51,082 bases of DNA from a virus (IMGVR_UViG_3300006182_000063:1-51082), one strand, 5' to 3'; positions 9,838 to 19,869 are shown, numbered from the stretch's first letter. A program made the numbers and translations. The notes: generated by a model from the sequence alone, not told the origin.

Positions 9838-10589
9838 CAGTCAACCTCCGACAGTCGTTGGTGCCTAAGAATCAGCACGGTGTAGTCAGCCCACATTCCG
9901 CCGTACACGTCGCGTGTGGATTTCTTGTTGTAGCGGTGATGCAGGAATGTGCCTGGGGCTGGATGTAGGTCTGGGACGGTAGTCAGCAGGCCGTCGCCCA
10001 GGTAAATGCCGGCGTGATTCGGTGCTGCAGCGTTGATCTGCATGACTATCATGTCGCCCTTGCGTGGCATCGACACTGGATAAAACCCGGCCTCTTCGTA
10101 GTACTTTTCGTACAGGCTTTCACCGTCATTCCACCAACCATCCCGCCGTGGGTAGTTCGGCAGTTCAATCCCGTGCTCGCGTTCGTAGTAATCGCGGCAC
10201 AGCGCGTAGCAGTCCAGCAACCCATGACCGAACTCACGACCGACGAGCGGTGCCTGATAGCCGCACGGCTTGAACTCGAAGTACTCGCCAGACGGCCAGC
10301 TCACAATGCCCCACGGTTTTTCGTGCAGCTCGCAACTGACGCGATCAGTCATGCTGGGCGCCGGCGGCACGTCCGGGTGGGAGTGAATGATCATCGTCAG
10401 CTCGCCCCGATCCTCGGCATCGCACTTGTCTTCCGGGTTGATGATGAAGTGCTCGCTCGGGGTCTTGGCGTCGTTGCGACAAGGAACGTACTTCAGCCGC
10501 CCGGCTTCGCGGATCACGACACCACAGCTTTCCTTAGGGAACTCAGCGGCGGCGTGGGCCTGGATATGTTTCAGCATCGTCTTGTTCAT
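9837..10589 (-). CDS. Tail assembly protein K (JAB + NlpC/P60)
   Basis: ESCG, HSHPD, DCY, NHAGIYLG motifs. Confidence 0.92.
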   Translation of the reverse strand: MNKTMLKHIQAHAAAEFPKESCGVVIREAGRLKYVPCRNDAKTPSEHFIINPEDKCDAEDRGELTMIIHSHPDVPPAPSMTDRVSCELHEKPWGIVSWPSGEYFEFKPCGYQAPLVGREFGHGLLDCYALCRDYYEREHGIELPNYPRRDGWWNDGESLYEKYYEEAGFYPVSMPRKGDMIVMQINAAAPNHAGIYLGDGLLTTVPDLHPAPGTFLHHRYNKKSTRDVYGGMWADYTVLILRHQRLSEVD

Positions 10590-10596
10590 GGGTTAC

Positions 10597-11283
10597 CTAT
10601 CCAATAAGCGCAGCACCTGGGGCCCCGCCGAATGGCAGCGGATTACCGCGACCGTGGCGAATCTCGCAGTCGCTCGGCCGACCGCCGCAGCGATCGAGTG
10701 CAGGATCATCTACAGGGTTGCCATCGAGGTCGAACATCTTGATGCCGGTGTAGTTACAGTCCGGCCCGCGATACTCGCCCCACAGGCACCACTCGCAGCG
10801 GTTCATGATCAAGCCGCCGGGGAGCATCTGCCCTTTCACCGCCGTCGGCGGTGAAAGGGAAAACACCACCTCTTCGCGCAGCAGGCTCGTAACCTGATTT
10901 ATGTAGGAGATGTCCACCGTTTCCATTGGGGTTGCCGTGGGGTTCCCCTCTGGAAAGTTCGCGGCATCCAGATACTTCGCGTACGTCTGCCGAACCGTCA
11001 GCTTGACGCCGCTCATGCCCTGGAATTGCCAGCAAAGAGCGGTAATGGTCCCGTCGATGTTGCTTATCTTCAGCATTGGCGTCGAGTTATTGCCCTCGAC
11101 GCTTCGACCGAAGCCGCCCGTCTGGTAAGGGCGCGGAACATAGGTCTCGCCCTTCCAGATAATCGGTGCAGACTGCTGGTGCCCGTGGTAGCGCAAAATA
11201 CCCATGCCGCGCGCCTCGCCATCCAGTTCGATCAACTGGATGAGCGCCCCAGGCTCAAGCTTTTGGTTATCCAAGGTGATCAT
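10597..11283 (-). CDS. Minor tail protein L
   Basis: C.W...YRGPDC.Y...D.C....SDC..R...PFGG Cys motif. Confidence 0.92.
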   Translation of the reverse strand: MITLDNQKLEPGALIQLIELDGEARGMGILRYHGHQQSAPIIWKGETYVPRPYQTGGFGRSVEGNNSTPMLKISNIDGTITALCWQFQGMSGVKLTVRQTYAKYLDAANFPEGNPTATPMETVDISYINQVTSLLREEVVFSLSPPTAVKGQMLPGGLIMNRCEWCLWGEYRGPDCNYTGIKMFDLDGNPVDDPALDRCGGRPSDCEIRHGRGNPLPFGGAPGAALIG

Positions 11284-11618
11284 GGGTTAAACACCTGCTG
11301 GAATTTTGTGGACAGGATGTATACGCCGGCGCCGAGCGGTTGCAGACTCCAGCCGCCGTCCGTGACGAAAGCGCCCTGTTCGTGCAAGGGCGGTGTCCAC
11401 AGAAAGTGGGTAACGCCCTTGTGTCTCACAAAGAAATCGCGAATGGGGACGATGTAGTCAGTCTTCCCCATGAAAGTCACGGGCCAGGACGTGGATATAT
11501 TGTTGATGCCGACCGAGAGGCGTTGGCTGTAGCCGTTGCCAAACTGAGAGACGAGGATGTCCGTTTCGTCATCACCGGTCGTGCCTTTTTCCGGACGCCA
11601 GGTGAATACCTCACTCAT
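11280..11618 (-). CDS. Minor tail protein M
   Basis: FTW, FG.GYSQR...GIN, H.G...FLWTPP. Confidence 0.9.
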   Translation of the reverse strand: MSEVFTWRPEKGTTGDDETDILVSQFGNGYSQRLSVGINNISTSWPVTFMGKTDYIVPIRDFFVRHKGVTHFLWTPPLHEQGAFVTDGGWSLQPLGAGVYILSTKFQQVFNP

Positions 11619-14578
11619 GCCGCGTTCCTCCGGTTGCTTGGGTCAAGGAGGCCGTTCTGCCCCTTCTCTTGTTGGATAACAGCCCTGGCCACCTTGGGCA
11701 TCTCTGACCGCACGGTGGCCAACACTGCCTGGCCCATCTGCTCGTAGCCAGCCGTCGCGTTGGCCGACCCGCTCGTTCCATCCCCATTCACTGTGATGTG
11801 AATTTGGGGTGGCGCGCTGGACATAGATGGCATCACCCCTCCGGCCTGGGCCGACGGCGCTGATGGAATCGCAGAAACGTTGCCATTGCGCAACGCCTCA
11901 ACAGCGGCCACGCCGCCATAGCGCTGGATATCCTTCTGGCTCCAGACCACCTCGCCCTTGTGCACGGTGCCGGCGACTTCGTTGACGCCACCAGGACCTG
12001 TGTAGCCGCCACCAGAGAACCCAATCCCAGCGATAGCTGCCACGTTGGCAGCAGCGGCAACACCCGCAGAGACGGCCAAGGCCATGCCCAGCGGGTAAGG
12101 TTGAACTGCCAGAGCGTTCTGGACTGCCACGTACCCCTGGATAGTTGCCTGCGCGATTGCCGCCGCCTTGCCTACAGCCGCCAGCTTCTTGTTTCCGGAC
12201 TGGCTGAGCGCGGTCATGTTGCCGAAGAAATCGGCGCTCGAAGTCAGTACTGCTGAGTTCTTTGCGCGCTCAATCTTCGCCTGGTTGTCCCGGCCCTGCT
12301 GGTTGATGTTGTTGACGCGCTCGGCATAGGTCTCCTCGTTGATAGCCTTGAGGTCGAGATAGGCCTTCTGCTTTTCCAGCTCCATCGTGCGCCAGGCGTC
12401 AACCTTCGCTGACTCTTCGTTGAGTCGCTGGATTTCGCTGTAGGCGCCGCCCACCGATGCGTCAATGCCAGTCACCTGAGGCGCCTGCGAAACACCCTCA
12501 ATGGTCCCGGGCTTCTGCGATGCCTTGAGATTTACGTCACGAATCTTGATCAGCGTTTCGAGCCGCTTCATCGCCTCGGTGTTGCCCTGGCGCTCGTACT
12601 CAGCCATTTGGGCTGCGTCATCCAGCGAAGACTTGAGGCTGTTTGCCTCCCGCAGCTGGCCAGTGAGGGTCAGCAGTTGCACCTGATCCTTCTGTGCCTG
12701 CTGAATGTCTCGGCTGATCTGGGCTTCACGCTCAAGTGCCACGTTCTTCTTGAGCTGGGCGGTGATCAGGTCCTGGCTAGCCAGCAGCGACTTCTGGTCC
12801 GCGGTGAGCGTCTTCTTGCCTTTGATGTCGGCGAGCTGCTGCTCCCACTTAATCAGGGCCTGGGCCTGGGTGCCAACCTTCTCGGTGGCGATACCTTGGG
12901 CGTTGAGGGAAGCGTTCTGCTGGAGCAGGACGGCCTGGGTCTGGCGGGCGGCGTCCAGCGCTTTCATGCCGGCGTCTTCGCGGTAGGCCTTTTCCTTTTT
13001 AGGCGCCGACTCTTTGTAGATCGGATTTTCGCGGATGGCTTTTAGGGAATCGGCGGCCTCTTGTTGAGAGATTACATATCCTGCTGCTCTTGCCTTGTTG
13101 ATGCGCTTTTCTTCATCCTCGAGCGCCTTATTCATCTTCTGAATTTTCGAGAAGTTTTGCTCTCGGTTTTTCTGATGTTCTTCGTACGCAACCTGTCCGT
13201 CACGCTGGACTTGGGCAACCTTTTGTTCCGCTGCTGCTTGATCATTCTTCGCCGTTATCTGACTCTGAATGGCTGAAATTTGCTTTTGCAGCTCTTCGGC
13301 AGTTTCCCCGCCTCTGGATGCTCTTGAAGATCGGCCTGCTGCTGTCAGTTTGTTTACGTTTTCAAGACGCTCCCGCAGCAACGACAGCTTGCCTTCCAAA
13401 GTACTTTCACGACCGATGCCGAGCATCGCGTCCCAGCCTTTTTTAGCGGCGCCAGCAACGGTATTCCACGCTGTTTCGACATATCCCAGGCTTTCCTTGA
13501 TCTTGCCTGCACGCTCAGACAAAGCCTTAGCCAAAGCCTCCTGAGCAATTGCGGCAGCTGCCTCCTTATCACCCATTTCCTGTGCAGCCCTGACCTGCTC
13601 ATATACAGAGGCGGTTAGGAAGTTGTACTTCTCGTTAAGTGAGGCGAGCGCTTTCACTGGATCATCGGCCAGCTTTACAAACTCGGCGACAGTCGTTGAT
13701 ACGGCTTGACCGGTAGCCTTTTCGAAGGATACTGCGGCGGAAGCTATAGCCTCGAAGCTCGCGCTCGCAATCCTACCGGTTCCCGCAAGCTGAGCGAGAG
13801 CCGCAGCTGCCGTTCCGGTAGTGCCGGTTGTGTCGCCGATCCGCTTAGCCATTTCGGCCAAAGCACCCGTAGTTGACCCAGCAGCGTTCCCAGTGATGAC
13901 CAGAGAATTCCTGAAAGCATCTTGCTCTTTGGAGCCTTGGTAGTACGCAAGGCCGAGTGTAGCCGCGGCAGCAGCCGCTACGGTAAACGGGTTTACAAGC
14001 CCAAGAACATATCCACCAAGAGCCTTGGCCGCCGGCCCTACCCCGCCAAACATATCCTTGAGCTGTCCGCCCTGCTGCAGGAACACGGTGAGTGGTGCCT
14101 GGCCGCCCTGTAGAGATACGGCAATGTCGGTAAACTGGGCTGGAACCCCCCTCAAAGCTGCCGCTGTTTGCTTGGCAGTGTTTCCTGTCCGGGTCAAGGA
14201 TTCGCTGAACCTGTTCAAATCGTTGCGCGTAGCGGCGATTTTCTGCTGATACTCGGTGTAAGTATCAAGTTCGATAGTTCCAGCTTTCCGGTGCCGGGCG
14301 AGCTCCTGCTCTTGCCGGTCAAGCTCTCCAAGCTTTTTGCTGAGCGGATCAATTCGACCAAGAAGTTGCTCAATCTCCTCGCGCTGACTGGAAAATGATT
14401 TACCTGCCGCCTCAGCACTTTTACCTGCGCCGTCCATGCCGTTTCCAGCCTTGTCCATTGCCGGCTTAACTCTCAACCCGGCGCCCTCAAGTGCTTCCAG
14501 TGCCTTGCGGGTATCGGCCGCTTTTTGTTCGGCATCCCGGCTATCGATCTCCAGAACAAGACGGGATGTCTGAGTCAT
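11615..14578 (-). CDS. Tape measure protein
   Basis: About 987 aa, Ala-rich helical; QFTDI..SL.GGQ.P..V.LQQGGQLKDMFGG; C-terminal GGYTG.GG..AG.VH.GE. Confidence 0.92.
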   Translation of the reverse strand: MTQTSRLVLEIDSRDAEQKAADTRKALEALEGAGLRVKPAMDKAGNGMDGAGKSAEAAGKSFSSQREEIEQLLGRIDPLSKKLGELDRQEQELARHRKAGTIELDTYTEYQQKIAATRNDLNRFSESLTRTGNTAKQTAAALRGVPAQFTDIAVSLQGGQAPLTVFLQQGGQLKDMFGGVGPAAKALGGYVLGLVNPFTVAAAAAATLGLAYYQGSKEQDAFRNSLVITGNAAGSTTGALAEMAKRIGDTTGTTGTAAAALAQLAGTGRIASASFEAIASAAVSFEKATGQAVSTTVAEFVKLADDPVKALASLNEKYNFLTASVYEQVRAAQEMGDKEAAAAIAQEALAKALSERAGKIKESLGYVETAWNTVAGAAKKGWDAMLGIGRESTLEGKLSLLRERLENVNKLTAAGRSSRASRGGETAEELQKQISAIQSQITAKNDQAAAEQKVAQVQRDGQVAYEEHQKNREQNFSKIQKMNKALEDEEKRINKARAAGYVISQQEAADSLKAIRENPIYKESAPKKEKAYREDAGMKALDAARQTQAVLLQQNASLNAQGIATEKVGTQAQALIKWEQQLADIKGKKTLTADQKSLLASQDLITAQLKKNVALEREAQISRDIQQAQKDQVQLLTLTGQLREANSLKSSLDDAAQMAEYERQGNTEAMKRLETLIKIRDVNLKASQKPGTIEGVSQAPQVTGIDASVGGAYSEIQRLNEESAKVDAWRTMELEKQKAYLDLKAINEETYAERVNNINQQGRDNQAKIERAKNSAVLTSSADFFGNMTALSQSGNKKLAAVGKAAAIAQATIQGYVAVQNALAVQPYPLGMALAVSAGVAAAANVAAIAGIGFSGGGYTGPGGVNEVAGTVHKGEVVWSQKDIQRYGGVAAVEALRNGNVSAIPSAPSAQAGGVMPSMSSAPPQIHITVNGDGTSGSANATAGYEQMGQAVLATVRSEMPKVARAVIQQEKGQNGLLDPSNRRNAA

Positions 14579-14595
14579 AACTTTTCTCCGGGCAT

Positions 14596-14618
14596 AAAAA
14601 AACCCGCTCAAGGCGGGT
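14596..14618 (-). terminator. Intrinsic terminator of the 14637 moron
   Basis: ACCCGCCTTGAGCGGGT followed by a T run. Confidence 0.75.
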
Positions 14619-14636
14619 CATGAAAATATTGTCTGG

Positions 14637-15068
14637 CTAAATGGAATCCATCTCAGCCTTAAGCAGATTCATTTTTGACTCGAATGTATATCTTTCAAAG
14701 CTATCTACCCCTGCTGGGCGCGGCGTGCGAAGCCACTCCATATAGCCCAGCCAAGATGCATAAGCGTCTTTTATTGCTACGGCCAGGGCCGGCCGCGCTT
14801 CAATTTCCTGTTTCAGAAGAGGCTTTAGCTTCGGCGCCTCGGCATCTATGCAGCTTGACGACACCCGAAATGATGCCTCCACCATTGCCCTATATTTAGC
14901 GCTAGCCTCACCATGCTTTTTAAGAGAGTTGTTCGCCTCGTCTAGCGCCTGAGAACCTTTGAAGCTGCAATAAGCTGCCGACCCCTCAAGCATTTGTAAA
15001 AAAGTCGGGGCGGCGATTACGCATGGCGAGAAAATAAAGCATGCGACCGCAGTAGTTAAAAGCCTCAT
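14637..15068 (-). CDS. Moron: exported hypothetical protein
   Basis: Signal peptide MRLLTTAVACFIFSPCVIA; GGGAG RBS; own promoter and terminator. Confidence 0.75.
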   Translation of the reverse strand: MRLLTTAVACFIFSPCVIAAPTFLQMLEGSAAYCSFKGSQALDEANNSLKKHGEASAKYRAMVEASFRVSSSCIDAEAPKLKPLLKQEIEARPALAVAIKDAYASWLGYMEWLRTPRPAGVDSFERYTFESKMNLLKAEMDSI

Positions 15069-15093
15069 CAGACATCTCCCTGTAGATAGCGGC

Positions 15094-15122
15094 AATCTAC
15101 CACCATCCAGAGCAAGCGCCAA
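15094..15122 (-). promoter_or_regulatory. Sigma70-like moron promoter
   Basis: TTGGCG-17 nt-TAGATT with an upstream TG. Confidence 0.55.
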
Positions 15123-15124
15123 AG

Positions 15125-15855
15125 TCACTCGTCATCTCCCGCCAAGCACACCCCGTCGAGCGCAAACATCACAGCGTCCACCTCGTCCCGCGTCATTGGC
15201 GAAGGGTGCGAATCCAGCCAGTCAGATATCTCCCTGGCCGATAGAGGGAGCGGGAAAGCACCCGCCATCGTGGCCAGGAACCGCCGACCTCGCGTGATGC
15301 TGCGGAAGGTACTCAGCAGATAGGCGGTTATAGGGTCGTTCGGCGGTTCATCGGGAAGTTCAAAGCCCAGCCGCTGGTAGATCAGGCTTCGCTTTTCGGC
15401 TTGGCCGACTGCCCACTCTTTTTCCCACTCGAAGCGGGCGACGGCTTTCCCACCGTTTCTTTCAGCTCTTCAGCGCTTTCAGTTGCAACGCTCGATCCGC
15501 CGCGAAGCACGAACAGGAAGAACTCCAGGTTGTTTTCAAGCAGTTCTGCCGCCACAGACGGGGCGTACTTCAGTGGGTTGCCGTCGGCATCCAGAACGCC
15601 CGACCAATCCTTCACGATGAAGTGAGCCAGCAGCATGGCGTGGTTCTGGTGCTCGGTAAGCTCACCGGCGACTACGCCCACCTGGCCTTCGTCGAAGCGA
15701 GCGTCATTGCGTGCGATGCGGCGGCGCATGCGCTCCAGGCCAACCTGGTACTCGGCATTGTCGATGCCGGCCAGCAGCACCTTCGTGTCCTTGTCGAATT
15801 CTACCCAGCGCGCGCCCGAGGGTGCCGGGTCTTTCTTGGTCAGTTGCAAAGCCAT
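15125..15855 (-). CDS. Tail assembly chaperone GT (-1 frameshift product)
   Basis: The -1 frame after GGGAAAG stays open (AVARFEWEKEW...LAGDDE) to TGA at 15125. Confidence 0.8.
15382..15855 (-). CDS. Tail assembly chaperone G
   Basis: Between the tail tube gene and TMP; DWSGV motif. Confidence 0.85.
   Translation of the reverse strand: MALQLTKKDPAPSGARWVEFDKDTKVLLAGIDNAEYQVGLERMRRRIARNDARFDEGQVGVVAGELTEHQNHAMLLAHFIVKDWSGVLDADGNPLKYAPSVAAELLENNLEFFLFVLRGGSSVATESAEELKETVGKPSPASSGKKSGQSAKPKSEA
15445..15451 (-). other. Programmed -1 frameshift slippery site G GGA AAG
   Basis: Same heptamer as lambda G/T, in the correct phase (GTG GGA AAG). Confidence 0.85.
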
Positions 15856-15927
15856 GATAAATCCTCAACGCCACGCCAATAAAAGGACCGCCCCGGCCGG
15901 CGTTCAAGCCGAGGCAGTCAAAGGGGT

Positions 15928-16848
15928 TTACGGTGTAGGGTCAGCCGCTTCGCGGGTGATGGTCGGGCTGAGCTTGGCGACGGTGTAGTTGAGCGTGACC
16001 TCGATCAGGTCGCGCTTCCCACCGTTCGGCAGCTCGCCGTCCACTTCCACGGCCGGGAAGTTGAAGGTGTACTTGTTGCCCAGAGCGTCGGTGATGGGAA
16101 ACACCACAGCAATGGGGGTACGGGTGAAGGTGTTCTTCCACAGCTGCCATGCGCGCTTGGACCAGGCCAGGGTGATGCTGCCGGTGATGGCGGCCTCGGT
16201 CGCGATGTGAGCGCCAGGGCCCAGGCTTTCGGAGCCAAGGCACCGCTGTGTTTGCAGGCTATTATCCAGGGCGATGGTCATGGCCGATACGCAGGCCACC
16301 CCTTCCAGGGACTGGCCGTTGACCAGGATCGTGCCGACATTATTGTTCGACAGGAACGGTGTAGTGGTAGGCGCATTGGGCGACACAACAATCGGCACTT
16401 CGCCGTCGGTGTAGTCGAGGCAGGCCATGTTGAAGGTGGCAGTGACCTTGCCTTCCGACGGGATGTCCAGAGCGAACGTGGATACGTGGGCGCCCTTGAA
16501 CAGGCCGTAGACGCCGACATCGTTGTAGCCCTTCGCGATGCTGAAGGTATTGCGGGTATCGCCCACACGCAGCACGTCAGCAGTCCACTGGCCATAGAAT
16601 GCGGCTTCCAGCAGCTGATCGAACGAGCCGAACGAGAACTCTGCCGTCAGGTCGCCGCCGATATCGATGCTGGTGGCCACCGAGCCTTGGCTTAGGCGGG
16701 TGTCGGTGATTTCGTCACTGACTTCGGTGTTGACGGTTGGGGTCAATGCGTTGCCGGTCAGGCGCAGCGTGTCCCAGGTGCCGGTGGGGGTAACGCCTGG
16801 CGTCACCTCCTTGATGATGTGCGAAACGACTTTTGCGCCGGAACTCAT
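15928..16848 (-). CDS. Major tail tube protein
   Basis: MSSGAKV..E.TPG.TP, S.EI...R motifs; position. Confidence 0.88.
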   Translation of the reverse strand: MSSGAKVVSHIIKEVTPGVTPTGTWDTLRLTGNALTPTVNTEVSDEITDTRLSQGSVATSIDIGGDLTAEFSFGSFDQLLEAAFYGQWTADVLRVGDTRNTFSIAKGYNDVGVYGLFKGAHVSTFALDIPSEGKVTATFNMACLDYTDGEVPIVVSPNAPTTTPFLSNNNVGTILVNGQSLEGVACVSAMTIALDNSLQTQRCLGSESLGPGAHIATEAAITGSITLAWSKRAWQLWKNTFTRTPIAVVFPITDALGNKYTFNFPAVEVDGELPNGGKRDLIEVTLNYTVAKLSPTITREAADPTP

Positions 16849-16873
16849 GGGTGAGTCTCCTATCTGCGGGCAT

Positions 16874-16898
16874 AAAAAAACCCGCTCAGGGCGGGGTT
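16874..16898 (-). terminator. Intrinsic terminator
   Basis: CCCGCCCTGAGCGGG followed by a T run. Confidence 0.65.
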
Positions 16899-16961
16899 AG
16901 TGGGACTGGTAAATCTTCAGCGTGCGGTGATAATTCATTCTCACCATCAAGAGTTGCTGCC

Positions 16962-17540
16962 ATGGAATGGACTTATGTACTTCACACAATCACAAGCCAC
17001 CTTCCAGGCGCGGAGGTCATAGCAGCCTTCGCCGGCGCAGGCTCAGCCGTTGCAGCGATCTGGACCATCAAGAAGTCAGATAGAACTCGTGAAAATGAGC
17101 GGCTACTTGCATATTCAGTTCTAACCCTCGAGCGTGCATATTCAGCTTTGGTTGGTCAAAGCCCCCAAGGATCTCTCCCCCCGGCTGACAGGTTGGGCTG
17201 GCTATCCGCTGCGAGGCTAATTGAAGAGTACAAGTCTGCTAAAGCTCGCATGAAAGACCCCCTAATTTTGCAGGAATGCAACAGCCATGAAGAGCACTGG
17301 CGCAACCAGTTCCGAGCTCGCCTAGAACTGATCCCCTACGATCCGGCTCGCTATTTCACATCCGGAGGGTTTGGACATGAAGTCCAAAAAACTTCGGCTG
17401 TAATCATTCACAGTTTTGCCACTTGGCCCGACGGAAAAATCGACGAACTTGATAAATATTTGAATACAGACGATGCAATAAACAAGCTCGGCATATCAAA
17501 TCTATGGATAGGTCTGCGGCGGTATTGTGATCGCCTTTAG
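16962..17540 (+). CDS. Moron: antisense hypothetical protein with N-terminal membrane anchor
   Basis: Opposite strand within the tail operon; hydrophobic VIAAFAGAGSAVAAIW. Confidence 0.7.
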   Translation: MEWTYVLHTITSHLPGAEVIAAFAGAGSAVAAIWTIKKSDRTRENERLLAYSVLTLERAYSALVGQSPQGSLPPADRLGWLSAARLIEEYKSAKARMKDPLILQECNSHEEHWRNQFRARLELIPYDPARYFTSGGFGHEVQKTSAVIIHSFATWPDGKIDELDKYLNTDDAINKLGISNLWIGLRRYCDRL

Positions 17541-17932
17541 CCCGCCCTAAACCGGATATTCACGTTGACCTGATAGAAGCCTTCAAACTCGCCTGCGATG
17601 ATCTGGCTGGCTTCCATGCATTCAATGTCGCCAGACATCCAATAGGCGAAGTGCGCCTCGAGTGCATCGGCTAGTTCGGTCACGACCTTGGTGCCAGTGC
17701 GCTCCCGGGCAAAGCACTGAATGCTGATCTGCCCGGGCTTGCGGGTGTATGGACGGTCTGCCATGCCAGCCATGAAGGCCGAGGCATACTGAATATTCAG
17801 GCGGCACCATAGCCCGCTATCCGGCGGCGTGAACACGGTCGGCTGGTTCGGATAGTCGATGCGTGATTGCTCAATGCCGGTGAACGCCACCATGCGCCCG
17901 GTGATGAGCGCCCTGATCTGCTCGTAGGTCAT
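17537..17932 (-). CDS. Tail terminator-like protein
   Basis: I.YPN..F.PP..GLW.RL motif; position. Confidence 0.75.
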   Translation of the reverse strand: MTYEQIRALITGRMVAFTGIEQSRIDYPNQPTVFTPPDSGLWCRLNIQYASAFMAGMADRPYTRKPGQISIQCFARERTGTKVVTELADALEAHFAYWMSGDIECMEASQIIAGEFEGFYQVNVNIRFRAG

Positions 17933-18504
17933 TTGTAGGCCTCAGATACGCCGATAAAGGCCAGGTCGTAAACGCCGCCGGGGGCCTGGGTGGAATGCCC
18001 CAGCTCCAGCATCTCGCCGTAGGGGCTGTTCGTTTGAATGTAGATGACGGGGAACTGGCCAGAGGCCCTGATGAGCATCGCGCCTTTACTGATGGTATCG
18101 CTACCGGAAGGGTCCACGTTCTCGACGACCGTCAGATCTGGCGCTCCGATGGAAACCATGTGGCTTCCCCGGAACGTGCCGCCGATGTAGCCTTTGCCAG
18201 CAGCCTTGGCGTCTACGTAGAAGTTTTCCTTGCGTTCGCGCTGGGTAAGCTTCTTGAACTTCTTGCGGCCTGTGTTGCTGGCGTTGCGCGCATCGACATT
18301 TGCGTCATAGGCGTCTGCCAGTGCGGTGTTCTTAGACCGTAGGGCCTTGTTCGCCTCCCACAGGTCAGGATTACCGACAGGCGAGCGGTTCACCACCTCG
18401 GTGAGCATTGCTACGCCAATGGCGCGGGCCATCTGAGTGATGTCCTCGCCTGCTTGGTCGGCGAAGTCCGTGAGGCTATGGCTCCACCCTGGCTTGTTCG
18501 CCAT
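17929..18504 (-). CDS. HK97 gp10-like tail completion protein
   Basis: SPV, G.FRG, PYG.MLE.GHS.QAP.G. Confidence 0.8.
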   Translation of the reverse strand: MANKPGWSHSLTDFADQAGEDITQMARAIGVAMLTEVVNRSPVGNPDLWEANKALRSKNTALADAYDANVDARNASNTGRKKFKKLTQRERKENFYVDAKAAGKGYIGGTFRGSHMVSIGAPDLTVVENVDPSGSDTISKGAMLIRASGQFPVIYIQTNSPYGEMLELGHSTQAPGGVYDLAFIGVSEAYK

Positions 18505-18863
18505 CAGACCTTCCTCAGTTGGATCTCGTAATGGGCGCCGACCGGATCGGTTTGCACGTTGACCACGTCGAACCCGTTGATCTTGTGACCGATGTCTGGC
18601 GTACCGCCGAGCGTTTCGTTGGTCAGCGCGATCAGAAGCTGGTCAGTGGCGCGGATGTTCACGCCATCAACCTGAGCCATCTTGAATGCGTCGAATACGC
18701 CACGGCCGCTGTAGGCAATCACAACGGGCTGCCCTGCGGCCTCGGTGACCGGGTCCCACGTGCCTGGCAGCGTCACGCCGCCAGCGAATGGCTGCACGGC
18801 GTCGGCTAGGTCAGTGTCGAAGGCCTCAGCCAGGTCGGTCTGGATGTCTTCGCGTAGGCCCAT
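18504..18863 (-). CDS. Head closure / head-tail adaptor protein
   Basis: Neck region position; WDP.T and Y.GRG motifs. Confidence 0.65.
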   Translation of the reverse strand: MGLREDIQTDLAEAFDTDLADAVQPFAGGVTLPGTWDPVTEAAGQPVVIAYSGRGVFDAFKMAQVDGVNIRATDQLLIALTNETLGGTPDIGHKINGFDVVNVQTDPVGAHYEIQLRKV

Positions 18864-18866
18864 GGG

Positions 18867-19256
18867 TCACCTGTAAACGTTGAAGCTGAAGGCGCTGGAG
18901 CGCCAGGGACCGAGCAGGCCCAAGGCGAACTGCACGCCATCGGGCAGTGAGCTGTACTTGGTGGTGTCGATAGACGCGAAGGTCTTGCTGGTGGTGACCG
19001 AGCCAGCCTTGACCGTCTTGGCTTCGAGCGATCCCTCGGTCTGCTGCTGGTAAAGCTTGCCCTGGGCTGCGACTGACGCCAGTTCGGCGCCAGCCTGTTT
19101 AACCTCGTCGGGGATGGCGTTCATATCGACGCCAACGAGGCTCAGGGAGGTCAGATAGGCGTTTGCCTGCAACACCGCGCGGGCTTTCTTGTCATCTGGC
19201 GCCCAGGTGGCGCCGAGGATGGCGTCAACGTCCGCCACAGTGATGTAGGTAGCCAT
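18867..19256 (-). CDS. Head-tail connector protein
   Basis: MATYITVADVD, IP.EVK.A..ELA, K.GS motifs; GGAGG RBS. Confidence 0.7.
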   Translation of the reverse strand: MATYITVADVDAILGATWAPDDKKARAVLQANAYLTSLSLVGVDMNAIPDEVKQAGAELASVAAQGKLYQQQTEGSLEAKTVKAGSVTTSKTFASIDTTKYSSLPDGVQFALGLLGPWRSSAFSFNVYR

Positions 19257-19296
19257 CTGGCCTCCGCTTGAATGAGTGGGGCCGGAGCCCCGGGTG

Positions 19297-19869
19297 TTAT
19301 TTGGCGAGCTCGTCGACCTGCTTTTGCAGCGACTCTTTCGAGGCGTTGGCGCGGTAGGTGACATTCGCTGCGTCCAGCTTGGCCTTCAGGTCAGCGATTT
19401 CTTTTGCATCGGCTTCTGCCTGGCCGGCTTTCTCGGCCCGGGCCAGAAGATCGTCGATCTGCTCTTGCAGGGCCTTCACCTTCTCGACCTCGCCGTCACG
19501 CTCGTTGCGAATACTCTGCACGCCAGCATTGACCGCCTCGAACACCTGGAATAGGCGATCAGCGACAGCACCAAGCTCGCCTTCGGGGCGCACCAGCGCC
19601 TGATCAGCGAATGACTCGACGATCAGGCCGACGGATTCGAGTTCGGCACGGAAGGCGTCTATATTGACGCTGGAGTTGGCACCATCGATCAGCAGCACCT
19701 TCGGCACCTCCTCGATCGTCACGTCAGGCACATCGTCGGCAGCATCTTCGCGGCTTTCGGTAACGCTTGCGTCGACGATGCGCAGGCCATTCGCCTTGGC
19801 CAGTGCCTTCACGTCTTCCTGGTACTGATGGAATGGACCAGACAGATACCAGATGTTCTTGTTGCTCAT
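19297..19869 (-). CDS. Head-associated hypothetical protein (C-terminal HeH/LEM-like motif)
   Basis: Follows MCP; DLKAKLDA.NV.Y..NASK..L. Confidence 0.65.
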   Translation of the reverse strand: MSNKNIWYLSGPFHQYQEDVKALAKANGLRIVDASVTESREDAADDVPDVTIEEVPKVLLIDGANSSVNIDAFRAELESVGLIVESFADQALVRPEGELGAVADRLFQVFEAVNAGVQSIRNERDGEVEKVKALQEQIDDLLARAEKAGQAEADAKEIADLKAKLDAANVTYRANASKESLQKQVDELAK

